Below, piece by piece: positions 12,061-23,092 of a stretch of DNA of 64,000 nt; the first letter of the stretch is position 1, and each line of letters starts with the position of its first letter. This DNA is from Mobula hypostoma (taxonomy: Eukaryota). The stretch covers positions 97,466,001-97,530,000 of the forward strand of contig NC_086107.1 in assembly GCF_963921235.1 (NCBI RefSeq), in the 5' to 3' direction. The notes below the pieces were generated by a model that was given only the letters and a program-made list of their open reading frames with translations, had not been told where the DNA came from and did no database searches. The position numbers and the translations under genes are program-made.

Positions 12061-12208
12061 AGTTTTAAATGTTTCAGAATCAAGTTTAGTACCACTGACA
12101 TATAGTATGCCGTGAAAATTGTTGTCTTTTGGCAGCAGTATAGAGCAATACAAAAATGTACTTGATTGCAGGGGGGTTAGGATTGGTAGCTCAGTGCTCC
12201 AGCATTCT

Positions 12209-13262
12209 TTATACTTTATACTTTATTGTCGCCAAATAATTGATACTAGAATGTACAATCATCACAGCGATATTTGATTCTGCGCTTCCCACTCCCTGGA
12301 TTACAAATCGATAGTAAATATTAAAAATTTTAAATTATAAATCATAAATAGAAAATACAAAAATGGAAAGTAAGGTAGTGCAAAAAAACCGAGATGCAGG
12401 TCCGGATATTTGGAGGGTACGGCCCAGATCTGGGTCAAGATCCGTTCAGCAGTCTTATCACAGTTGGAAAGAAGCTGTTCCCAAATCTGGCCATATGAGT
12501 CTTCAAGCTCCTGAGCCTTCTCCCGGAGGGAAGAGGGACGAGAAGTGTGTTGGCGGGTGGGTCGTGTCCTTGATTATCCTAGCAGCACTGCTCCGACAGC
12601 GTGTGGTGTAAAGTGAGTCCAAGAACGGAAGATTGGTTTGTGTGATGTGCTGGGCTGTGTTCACGATCTTCTGCAGCTTCTTCCCGTCTTGGACAGGACA
12701 ACACCGATACCAGGTTGTGATGCACCCTAGAAGAATGCTTTCTACGGTGCATCTATAAAAATTAGTGACAGTTTTAGGGGACAAGCCAAATTTCTTTAGT
12801 TTTCTCAGGAAGTAAAGGCGCTGGTGGGCCTTCTTGGCAGTGGACTCTGCTTGGTTGGACCAAGTCAGGTCATTTGTGATATTGACCCTGAGGAACTTAA
12901 AGCTTTTGACCTGTTCCGCTTGTGCACCACCGATGTAAATTCGATCATGTGGTCTGCTACTCCTTCTGAAGTCAACAACCAATTCCTTCATCTTGCTGAC
13001 GTTGAGGGATAGGTTATTGTCTTCGCACCATGCCACCAGGTTCTTAATTTCCTCTCTGTACTCAAACTCATCATTACCCAAGATATGGCCTACAATTGTT
13101 GTGTCATCAGCAAACTTATATATTGAGTTTGATGGAAACTTGGCTACACAATCATGGGTGTACAGTGAGTACAGCAGGGGGCTGAGTACACAGCCTTGTG
13201 GGGCACCGGTGCTCAGAGTGATTGTAGAGGAGAGCTTGTCCCCTATTTTTACAGCCTGGGTC
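12209..13262 (-). mobile_element. Young 5'-truncated Rex1/Babar-type LINE nested in CR1
   Basis: Minus strand encodes TGAPQGCVLSPLLYSLYT...KFADDTT and ORF 12503..13081; (tataaag)n tail; TSD cattct at 12203-12208 and 13263-13268. Confidence 0.9.
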
Positions 13263-14616
13263 CATTCTGTTGCTTTAGGTGAGACAGAGTGGGAGGGATT
13301 AAATGGGGGAGGGTGGCATTACTATGTCATGGCAGTGCTCAGTCAGGACGGACTGGAGAACTTGTCCAGTGAGACTTTATGGGTAGAACTGAGGAATAAG
13401 AAAGATATCGATGGAATTATATTGCAGTCCACCCAACAATCTGTGCGATTTAGAGAAACAAATTTGTAAAGAGATCGCAAACTGTTGCAAGAAACATATG
13501 GGTTGTGATAAGAAGTGATTTTAACTTTCCACATATTGACCGGGACTCCCATACTGTAAAGGGTCTGGATGGGATAGAGTTTGTCAAATGCGCTCAGGAA
13601 AGTTTTCTTAATCAGTATGTAGAATTTCCAACCAGAGAGAGTGTTATAATAGATCTTCTATTAGATAATGAGACAGGACAGGTGACAGAAGTTTGTGTAG
13701 TGGAACTCTTTGCATCTGGTGATCGTAATGCCATTAGTTTTAAGGTAATTATGGAAAAGGATAGGGCTAGTTCTTGGTTGTGATCCTAAATTCGAGAAAG
13801 GCCATTTTTGATGGCATCAGAAAGGATCTGACAAGCATGGATTGGGACAGGTGGTTTTCTGGCAAAGGTGTACTTGGTAAGTGGGAGGTACTTCAAAAGT
13901 GATATTTTGAGAGTACAGAGCTTATATGCTCCTGTCAGAATAAAAGGCAAAATAACAGGTTTGAAGCTCTGGTTAAGATAATAGAGGGGGTGCATAGCAG
14001 GTAAAGGCAGGTAGGAACAGATGAGATACTTGAGGAGTATAAGAAGTGCAAGAGAACACTTAAGAAAGAAATCAGGAGGGCTGAAAGAAGGCATGAGGTT
14101 GCTCTAACTGGCAAGGTGAAGGAGAATTCCAAGGGCTTGTCCGAATATATTAAAAGCAAAAGGATTGCAAGGGACAAAATTTGTTCTCTGGAAGATCAAA
14201 ATGGTAATCTATATCCGAAGCTGAAAGAGATAGAGGGGGGATAATCTTAAATGGATTTTTTGCATCTATATTTACTCGAGGGATGGACACAGAGTCTACA
14301 GAAGTGAGGCAAAGCAGTAGTGAGGTCATGGACCATATACAGATTACAGAAGAGGAGGTTTGGCAGTCTTCAGGCTAATTGGGGTGAATAAATCCCCAGG
14401 ACCTGACAAGGTGTTCCCTCGGACCCTGTGAGAGGCTAGTGCAGGGGCCACAGCAGAAATATTTAAGGTGTCTTTATCGTCAGGTGAGTTGCCAGAGTAT
14501 AGGAGGATAGCAAATGTTGTTCCATTGTTCAAGAAAGGCTCTAAGAACAAGCCGGGAAATTATATGCTGCTGAGCCTGACATCAGTAGTGGGCAAGTTAT
14601 TGTAAGGTATTCTAAG

Positions 14617-14852
14617 AGGCAGGAGGGAACGTTGACTCAGACCATGAGAGGCCTGCATCAGGCATTTTCATGCCTTACAAGGCACAGATGGGAAGTCTGT
14701 GTGGGGCGTCACTCCTCACACAGACTAGAACAATGTGTGATTAAGTGCCTTGCTCAAGGACACAAACACGTTGCCACAGCTGAGGCTCGAACTAGCAACC
14801 TTCAGATTACTAGACGAATGCCTTAACCACTTGGCCACATGCCCAACACGTA
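14617..14852 (-). mobile_element. tRNA-derived SINE nested in CR1
   Basis: Minus-strand head has A box tggccaagtgg and B box gttcgagcc; TSD tctaag; its 3' end recurs at about 59145-59208. Confidence 0.8.
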
Positions 14853-15361
14853 GTCTAAGGGACTGGATATATACATAAGATTTGAATAGACAGGGATGAA
14901 TGAGGGGTAGTCAACATGGCTTTGTGCACGATAGACCATGTCTAACCAATCTTGAAGAGTTTTTCAAGGAAGTTACCAGTAAAGTTGATGAAGGCAAGGC
15001 AGTGGATGTTGTCTACATGGACTTTAGCAAAGCCTTTGACAAGGTCCCACATTGGAGTTTGGTCAAGAAGGTTCAATCCCTAGGCATTCAAGATGAGGTA
15101 GTAAATTGGATTAGATATTGACTTTATGGGAGAAGCCAGAGAGTGGTAGTAGGTTGTTGCCTCTCTGACTGGAAGCCTTGGTCCATTGTTGTTAATCAAC
15201 TATTTAAACAATCTGGATGATAATTCGGTGAACTGGATCAGCAAATTTGTGGATTACACCAAGACTGGGGTGTAGTAGACAGCGAGGAAGATTATCAAAG
15301 GTTGCAGAGGGACCTGGACCAGCTGAAAAAATGGGCTGAAACTGGCAGATGGAATTTAATG

Positions 15362-16135
15362 AGCACTCACAATGTGCTGGAGGAACTCAGCAGGTCAGTC
15401 AGCATCAGTTGAAAAGATTAGTCGACGTTTCGGGCCAAAACCCTTCGTCAGGACCTAAAGGTAGAACTTTGGGGAGGGTTTGAAGAATGCTGGTAGTTGA
15501 AAAAAACAGTAATTTTAAAGACAAAGGGGTGAGGGAGGGAAAGCAGGGAGGTGATTGGCAGGAGAACAATGCGAAGTAGTAGAAGGAGGCGGAACTATGA
15601 GGGAGGTGATGTAAAATAGGGATAGAGGAAGGGAGGGGGAGGGAATTACCGGAAGTTGGAGAATTCTATGTTCACACCAAGGGGCTGGAGACTACCTAGA
15701 CGGTATAGGAGGTGTTGCTCCTCCAACCTGAGTTTAGCCTCATCATGGCAGTAGAGGAGGCCATGTATGGACATATCTGAATGGGAATGGGAAGCAGAGT
15801 TGAAGTGGGCGGCTACTGGGAGATCCTGTCTGTTGTGGCAGATGGAGTGGAGGTGCTCGATGAAGCGGTCCCCCAATCTGCGTCGGGTTTCACCAATGTA
15901 GAGGAGGCCGCACTGGCAGCACCGGATGCAATAGATGACCCCAACAGATTCGCAAGTGAAGTGTTGCCTCACCTGGAAGGACTGTTTGGGGCCCTGAATG
16001 GTGGCAAGAGAGGAGGTGTAGGGACAGGTGTAGCACTTACGTTTACAGGGATAAGTGCCGGATGGGAGATCCGTGGGGATGGACGTGCGGATAATTGAGT
16101 CGCGGAGGGATCGATCCCTGCGGAAAGCGTTTACG
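15362..16135 (-). mobile_element. Penelope-like element, 3' part with GIY-YIG endonuclease
   Basis: GTYPCKRKCYTC...VIYCIRC..CGLLYIGETRRRLGDRFIEH...VAAHFN...EQHLLYRLGSLQPLGVN; 15-bp TSD agatggaatttaatg at 15347-15361 and 16136-16150. Confidence 0.93.
15419..15455 (-). ncRNA. Minimal hammerhead ribozyme motif in the Penelope terminal repeat
   Basis: Minus strand reads gtc-CTGACGA-a-ggg ttttgg ccc-GAAA-c-GTC-gac: core boxes, stem II, palindromic stem III (ACGT) and a short stem I. Confidence 0.7.
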
Positions 16136-16944
16136 AGATGGAATTTAATGCAGACAAGTGTGAGGTATTGCACTTTGAGAGGGCAAACCTGAGTAGGACT
16201 TACAAGGTGAATGGCAGGACACTGAGGAACGTGGTAGTACAGAGGGATCTGAAAATAGATCCATAATTCCTTGAAAGTGGCATCACAGGTAGATAAGGTC
16301 ATAAAGAAAGCTTTTGGCACATTGGCCTTCATAATTCTGAATATTGGGTACAGGAGTTGGGATATTATGTTGAAGTTGTATAAGACGTTAGTGAGGTCTA
16401 ATTTGGAATATTATTGCAGTTTTGGCCACCTACCGACAGGAAAGATGTCAATAAGATTGAAAGAGTGCAGAGAAAATTTACAAGGATGTTGCCAGGATTT
16501 GAGGACCTGAGTTATAGGGAAAGACTGACCAGGTTAGGACTTTATTCCTTAGAGTGTCGAAGAATGAGGGGAGATTTGATGGAGGTATAAAAATTATGAG
16601 GGATATAGATGGGGTAAATGAAGGCAGGTGTTTTCCACTCGGGTTCAGTGAGACTAGAACTAGAGGTCACAGGTTAAGAGTGAAAGGCTAAACGTTTAAG
16701 GAAAACATGAGGGGGAACTTCTTCACTCAGAGGCTGGTGAGAGTGTGGACCGAGCTGCTAGCAGGTGGTGAATGTGATTTCAATTTCAGCATTTAAGAGA
16801 AGTTTGGATAGGTACATGGATGGGAGGGGTACGGAGGGCTATGGTCCAGGAGCAGATCGATGGGACTAGGTAGATTAATAGTTTGACATGGACTAGATGG
16901 GCTGAATGGCCTGTTTCTGTGCTGTTGTGATCTATGACTATTAT

Positions 16945-17285
16945 TCTAGTATATTACAATAAAAAGTATTTCTAAGAATAAATAAGTAGTGGAAAATGAG
17001 CAAATAGTGAGGTAGTGTTCATGGGTTCATGGTTTGTTCAGAAATCCGATGGTGGAGGGGAAGAAGCTGTTCCTAAGGTGTTGAGTGTGCACCTACGGGT
17101 TCCTGTACCTCCTCTCTGATGACAGCAACGAGAAGAGGGCATGTCCTGGGTGGTGAGTTTCCTTAATGATGGACGCTGCCTTCTCGAGGCATCGCACCTT
17201 GAAGATGTTTTCAAAGGTGGAGAGGCTGGTGCCCATGAACGAGTTGGCTTAGCTTACAACCCTCTACGTCTTTTCCCAGTCCTCC
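16945..17285 (-). mobile_element. Rex1/Babar-type LINE 3' end fragment
   Basis: Similar to 6600-6870 (gggaagaagctgttcct...ccttaatgatggacgctgcc). Confidence 0.7.
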
Positions 17286-17344
17286 TCAATCTTACTGACG
17301 GCTCTCAGCCCAACACGTGGATGGCTTTGATGCCTTATGTGTAG

Positions 17345-17716
17345 AAGCTGAGTGAGAAGAGCTTTTCTCTTTGGAGTGGTTGAGGATGAGAAATGACTTG
17401 TTGATAAAATGATAAGAGGCATAGATAGAGTGGACAGCCAGAGACTTATTTCCAGGGTGGCAATGGCTAAAACGAGATTACTTTTAAGAGAAATGTAGAT
17501 GGGGGATGAGAGAGTAGGTTTTTAATAGAGGGGATGTCTGAGGCGGAACGCTTTGCCTTTGGCTGTGTACAGGCAGAGGAATTGAGGACTTTTAAGATAG
17601 TCCTAGATAGGCACATGGATGAAAGAGAAATGTGGGAGGGAAGGGTTAGATTGATCTTGGAGTAAGTTGAAAGGGAGGCACAACATTGTGGGCCGAAAGG
17701 CCTGTACTCTGTTCTA
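17345..17716 (+). mobile_element. CR1 LINE 3' end fragment
   Basis: gaggcatagatagagtggacagccagag...gggccgaaaggcctgtactctgttctatg tail. Confidence 0.75.
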
Positions 17717-18248
17717 TGCCCCACACTGATTTCCCTCCATAGAAGCTTTCTGACCTGCTGATTTCCTCCAGCGTGGATTGCAGAAGGAGTAAGGCTTAAA
17801 CTTACCGGACCGTGGCTGGAGACTGAACTGTCGGCCCAGGGAGGTGAGTTCAGCAGCTGGGGAGCTTGGATTGGTCTTGGAGTGGGTTGGAAGGTTGAAA
17901 CTTAGAACCGATGGGGGGACAGTGTCTGGGGCGTTAGGGTGATGACTTACCTCAAGAACAGTAAGTGTAAAACCACCAGCGTGCTGCAAAAAAACACACA
18001 CCTGCTTCACTGAGGTTCATCCGGAATGAGGACTGCGAGCCCTCCAACTGAAGCATAATAACCCAGTCCAAAAGTGGGGTTGACTTTTCCCAGTTTCTCA
18101 CTGGGGTGGGGGCATGGCTAGGGATTGTCGATATTGGCTGGCAGTCTCACTGATAGCCACATCCTGGAAATGATCCGTTATCGTTACTTAATTCTAGAGT
18201 TAGATAATGCATCTATCATGTATACCATAGAAATGGATAGTGTATGTT

Positions 18249-18804
18249 TACACAGTGGCCACCCTGTTAGGTACCTTCCCTACCTAATAAAATGGCCACT
18301 GAGAGTATGTTTGTAGTCTTCTGCTGCTGTAGCCCATCCACTTCAAGTTCAACATGGTGTGTGTTCAGAGATGCTCTTCTGCACACCACTGTTATAATGT
18401 GTGGTTATTTGAGTTACTGTCACCTTCCTGTCAACTTGAACCAGTCTGGCCATTCTCCTCTGACCTCTCTCACTAACAAGATCTTTTTTTCCCCCACAGA
18501 GCTTTATCGTATGTATGTTTTTTTTTGTTGTTTTTATACTATTTTCTGTAAACTCTAGATATTGTTGTGGTGACAATCCCAGGAAATCTGCAGTTTCTGA
18601 AATACTCACACCACCCCATCTGGCACCAACAATCATTCCACGGTCTAAGTGACTTTGATCACATTTCTTCCCCATTCTGATGTTTGGTCTGAACCTATTG
18701 ACTATGTCTGCATGCTTTTACGCATTGATTTTCTGCCAATGATTGGCTGATTAGAAGTTTGCAGTAACGAGCAGGTATACCTAATAAAGTGGACACAGAG
18801 TGTA
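18249..18804 (-). mobile_element. Non-autonomous Tc1/mariner element with N-terminal transposase remnant
   Basis: ORF 18349..18675 (RGMIVGAR..GVSISETA..LG...ERGQRRMARLV..DRK.TV.QI) is a Tc1 helix-turn-helix region; TIRs cagtggccac...ttaggta and tacctaataaagtggacac. Confidence 0.85.
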
Positions 18805-19569
18805 GATAGCAGGGCTTATACAGCAAGCCCATTCTCCCTTGTCGTAACAGTTCATGAAGGCTGTCAAAGCTGGGCAAGAGTGCAGAGTCTGGATAAGGAA
18901 GGGGAGTGATTCTCTTTCAAAACCATGTGAGATTTCATGGAGTATATAGGGAGTCAGTACCAGAGGGCATAAATCTAACATAATTGGCAAGAGAGGAGAG
19001 TTTATTTTTGCACAGATTGTTATAATCAGGAAAAGGACAGTTGTAATAATAAATCTAAAATAGTACAAGCTGTCGAGAAGGATTAGGAGAGTGGAACTAA
19101 TTAGGAAGCTCCTGCAATATCAAAATGTTATGTTCAATATAACACAAATGTTATGGAGAAATGTTATTCTTTTGGGGCTGGTTAAATTCAATTTAATTGA
19201 AGTGACATGACAACAATAATGTGGCTGAGTTACAGGCATGATTAAAACCTCTATTTATGTAACATATCCAAAACCTTCCAGCCGACTGCATCATCAGCCT
19301 TGCCGTTAAAGAGCGCAGTGCCCACGTTTATAGAGGAAGCTGCCAATCGGTCATTGTGCACCCCTCCACTGAGGGCAGTGTCAGGGGAGTTCACTGCTTA
19401 CAAAGCCATTATCCAGGGTGAACATGGCCTAGAAACATACCTAAAGCTATGAGGGAGGTGGAATCAGTTGACACTTTTAGTCACCAGCTCAAAACCTACT
19501 TATTTAACCTGGCTTTTAACTAACGTCCTTTTTGTCTTTTATTTTATTTATTTATTCATTAAATTTATT

Positions 19570-19845
19570 AAATTACAGTGACGAATAGACCCTTTCAGCC
19601 CTTCTAGCTGCGCCGCCCAGCATTTCCCTGATTTAACCCTCCCCTAATCACGGGACAATTTGCAATAACCAATTAGCTTACCAACTGGTACGTCTTTGGA
19701 CTGTGGGAGGAAACCGGAGCACCCAGAGGAAACCTACATGGTCACGGGGAGAACCTACAAACTCCTTACAGGCAGTGGTGGGAATTGAACCGAAGTCACC
19801 TGTATTGTAAAGCGTTGTGCTAACCACTATGCTACCTTGCCACCC
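19570..19845 (-). mobile_element. tRNA-derived SINE inserted in an L2-like 3' tail
   Basis: Same core as the SINE at 11045; upstream cagctcaaaacctacttattt resembles an L2 end. Confidence 0.7.
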
Positions 19846-19933
19846 CTTTTCATGTTCATTTTTATTTAATTTCATGTTTGTACTTTTATCCCATTCTAAA
19901 GCACTTCGAACTATATAGCTTGTATGAAAAGTG

Positions 19934-20617
19934 CTCTCGGAAAAATATTGGAAAGATATTTTTGATATTATTTCAAAGTTCTGTTTTGATTTACAACCCC
20001 ATCCTATTATGGCAATTTTTGGATTGCCAATGGTAGAACATAGGTCTCTGTCTTCTTCAGCCTGTCAGATGATTGCATTTGTTACTTTAATGGCTAGAAG
20101 ATCTATTTTGTTGAACTGGAAGGAAATCAATCCTCCTACTACATTCCAATGGCTTTCTCAAAGTATATTAAGTTTAAATCTAGAAAAAATTAGAAGTGAT
20201 ATTTTTGACCCTTCAGTTAAATTTGAAGAAACTTGGAAACCTTTTATGCAACATTTTCATATGATGTAATCTGACCTTTCGAATCTTTTTTCTTTAACTT
20301 AAATTATATGAATAGAGGAGCGGAGTTGACGACATTACTGAACGTGCCTGATTCAAGATATTGGCCTAGCCCTGTTTTGTTGTGTTTTTTTTTGTGTTTT
20401 TTTTTCTTTCGAGGATTTTTCTTTGTTTATATATATATTTTTAAAAATTTTTTTATGACTAATTTCATTATGAGTTTGGAAGTCTATTATACCTATGTCA
20501 CTTAAAACCCTTTTTTGTAGATGCAGATTAAGATTATTCCAATCTCTTTGTACCAACTTTGTTATTGAGTTTTTAATTTTGAAAATTAATGAAAAGATTT
20601 AAAAAGAAAGAAAGGAA
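19934..20617 (+). mobile_element. 5'-truncated L1-clade LINE
   Basis: ORF 19931..20269 is homologous to 5016..5642; A-rich tail; TSD gaaaagtg at 19926-19933 and 20618-20625. Confidence 0.88.
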
Positions 20618-21241
20618 GAAAAGTGTTCGATAAATAATTTATTATTATTATTATTATAATAAAGTTGAGGAGGGCAGGATAGTGCCTCACAGTTCCTGTG
20701 ACCTGGGGTCAGTCCTTACCTCTGTGTGGAGTTTACACCTTCTCCCAGTGATTGCATGCAATTCCCTCAGAATTCCGGTGTCCTCCGCATCCCAAGGACA
20801 TTTGGTTCGGAAAGTTAATTGTCTGCTGTAAATGGCCGATGGTGTAGATTGGTAGCGTGGAGAAAAGGTTAGAGGGAAGTGAGAAGCCTGCATTGATTTG
20901 ATGGGCCAAATGGCCTCTATCTATGTTGTGAGGAACAAAGTGACCCGGAAAGAGTTGTCTAAGGCACGATAGAGTTTGATGGGAACAATGACATTTGGAA
21001 CTTAATCCCAACCAGAGTGAGATGATGCTTTTCGGAGGATGGGACCTAAGTCTGTAACTCTGGGAACGGGGCATCACGTGGGGATAGGGTGGTGAAAATG
21101 GTTTTGGGAATGCTGGAATTTTGGAATGCTTGCTATCACAGCTTGGTGCATAGGATAAAAGAGCAGGGGCGTTGCGTCTACACTTTGCAAAGTATAGGTT
21201 AGAGCACACCTGGAATATTGTGTCCTGTTCTGGCCACCAGG

Positions 21242-21792
21242 TACAGCACTGTGCAAAAATCTAAGGCACATATATATAGCTAGGGTGCCTAAGACCTTTG
21301 CACAGCACTGTAGTTAAATTTTAAATATTGCACTGTACTGCTGTCACACCAAAAGACAAATTTCATGACATACTGTGTGTGAGTGATGATAAACCTGATC
21401 CTGATATGGGTCTCTGTCATGGACTGAGAGTGGGAAGGGGGCAGGGAGAGGGGAATCATAGTTGGGAAAAGAGGAGGGAGCAGGAAGCACCAGAGAGACA
21501 TTCTGTAATGATCAATTAACCAATTATTTGGAATCAAATGACCTTACCTGGTGTTTCAGGTTCTGGGTGTGTCTGCACCCGCACCACCCCCCAACCACCC
21601 CGGCACCCCCTCTCTGTCATCTGTCCCACACTCCTCCCATGGCACTCCACCCTGACCATTCCCAAAATCGTTTGCTCCCACCAGATTGACAAACTCGTGC
21701 TCTGCTCCACGTTGACAAATACAGTGCAGTGCAAGAGTCTCAGGCATCCGAGGTTCATATATATCTGCCTAAGACTTCTGCACAGCACTGTG
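21242..21792. mobile_element. Two Tc1-type mini-MITEs (21242-21312 and 21720-21792) flanking about 400 bp of cargo, inserted in CR1
   Basis: Each is TA-cag(c)actgtgcaaaa..t(c)taaggca...tgcctaagac.tttgcacagcactg; same TIR as the Tc1 remnant at 63261. Confidence 0.75.
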
Positions 21793-23092
21793 CTGTACAC
21801 ATAAGAAAGATGTGTTTGACACCAGAGCAGTTACACCAGGATGTTGCTTGGGTTGGATGGCTTCAGTTATGGGGAGAGACTGGGAAGGCTGGTCTTGCTG
21901 GTACAGAGGCGAAGTGGAGACCTGATAGAAGTGTACAGGGTTATGATGGGTAGTGACAGAGAGTAAAAGTCTTTTTCTCTGGTGGTGGGATTTTTTAAAA
22001 AAATGGGTTATAGATTTAAGGTGAGGGTTAGGAGAGGGTGTAAGAGGGGATTGTTTCACACAGGCAGTGGTCAAAGCCAGGAATTGCTGCCTGAAGAGGC
22101 AACAGGGGCAGATACTTTCAGAATGTTGAGGAAGCAGTGAATTGCCAAGGCAGAGAAAACACAATTAAATGGATGCAAATGGGGCCAGCAGAGACTAGTG
22201 CCATGGTCAGCATGGGAATAGTGGGCCAAATTGTTTCTGTGTTGAACAATTTGATGACTCTAAGTCTATAGTGAAATCTAGGGCAACCCGTCTGAGTCCT
22301 GATTTATCACAATTAGCTGCAATGTACAGGCAAAGCAGATTTCTTTGCTCCCTAATGCTCCTTTCTTCAAGAGGATAGCCCTTCCACGGGTCTCAGCCCC
22401 ATGAATAAAAGCTGTACTTTCCCATATCAGCTTGGTCCTTCACATTTGTTGCTTCACTGTTTGAGAAAGCAGGTCACAATATTTCCAAACTCCATATTTC
22501 CTTGTAACTTAGAAAGAGGCCATTCTGTCCATCAAAGCCAGCTCTCTGCACAATTCTACATGACCCTGTAGCATAGTTACCCCACGTTTCTAACGGCTGG
22601 GATCCAGTAAGCTGTTGCCTCCTGGCATTTACTGCGGTCACACCTGACTACCTTTAGCTTTGGAGCTGGAATTACGTGGAATGTGTCCAGTCAATATGAC
22701 AAGGGCCAGCATTCATTATTAATTCCACAAATCACAAAGAAGAGCAGTAAGTGCTTGAAGCCTCAGCGGGTCAGTCAGCATCTGAGGTGAGAGAAACAGA
22801 TTAAGGCTACAGAATAAAAGATCTTCAATATGAACTGTCTGCCGCAATTTTCTCTCCACTGCTTGACCTGACAAATGTTTGCAGCATCCTCTGTTTCGAT
22901 TGCAAAGTTTATTTCACACTCATACCGAGCCCCCGGTGTCAAAGTGGTTACTCTGATGCATCTAGTGCGGTAGTATAGTGACCATTGGCTAGCAGTCTCG
23001 AGAAAAGGAGAGCTGAATGTGTAAGTCTCTCCGTGCCAGTATGTGGCCTCTCCAACAGCAAGCCTGATGTACTGCCTCCTTGCTGGGGACAC

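Larger units (their letters stand above)
12160..16940 (+). mobile_element. Long decayed CR1 LINE ORF2 (endonuclease, RT, 3' UTR) with three nested insertions
   Basis: ETLWVELRN, SDFNFPHID, PTRES.IIDLLL (APE domain); SQHGFV...CLTNL.EFF...VDVVYMDFSKAFDKVPH (RT); ctatgactat tail. Confidence 0.9.

Noticed and set aside
14770..14849. tRNA gene
   Set aside because: A and B boxes are present, but it continues into a SINE body with a TSD and has no clear complete cloverleaf
15646..16332. 228-aa ORF as a single novel gene
   Set aside because: Chimera: antisense CR1 sequence read through the TSD into the Penelope GIY-YIG frame
17800..17860. Possible minus-strand exon ending in a gtaag donor
   Set aside because: Weak acceptor context and an uninformative translation
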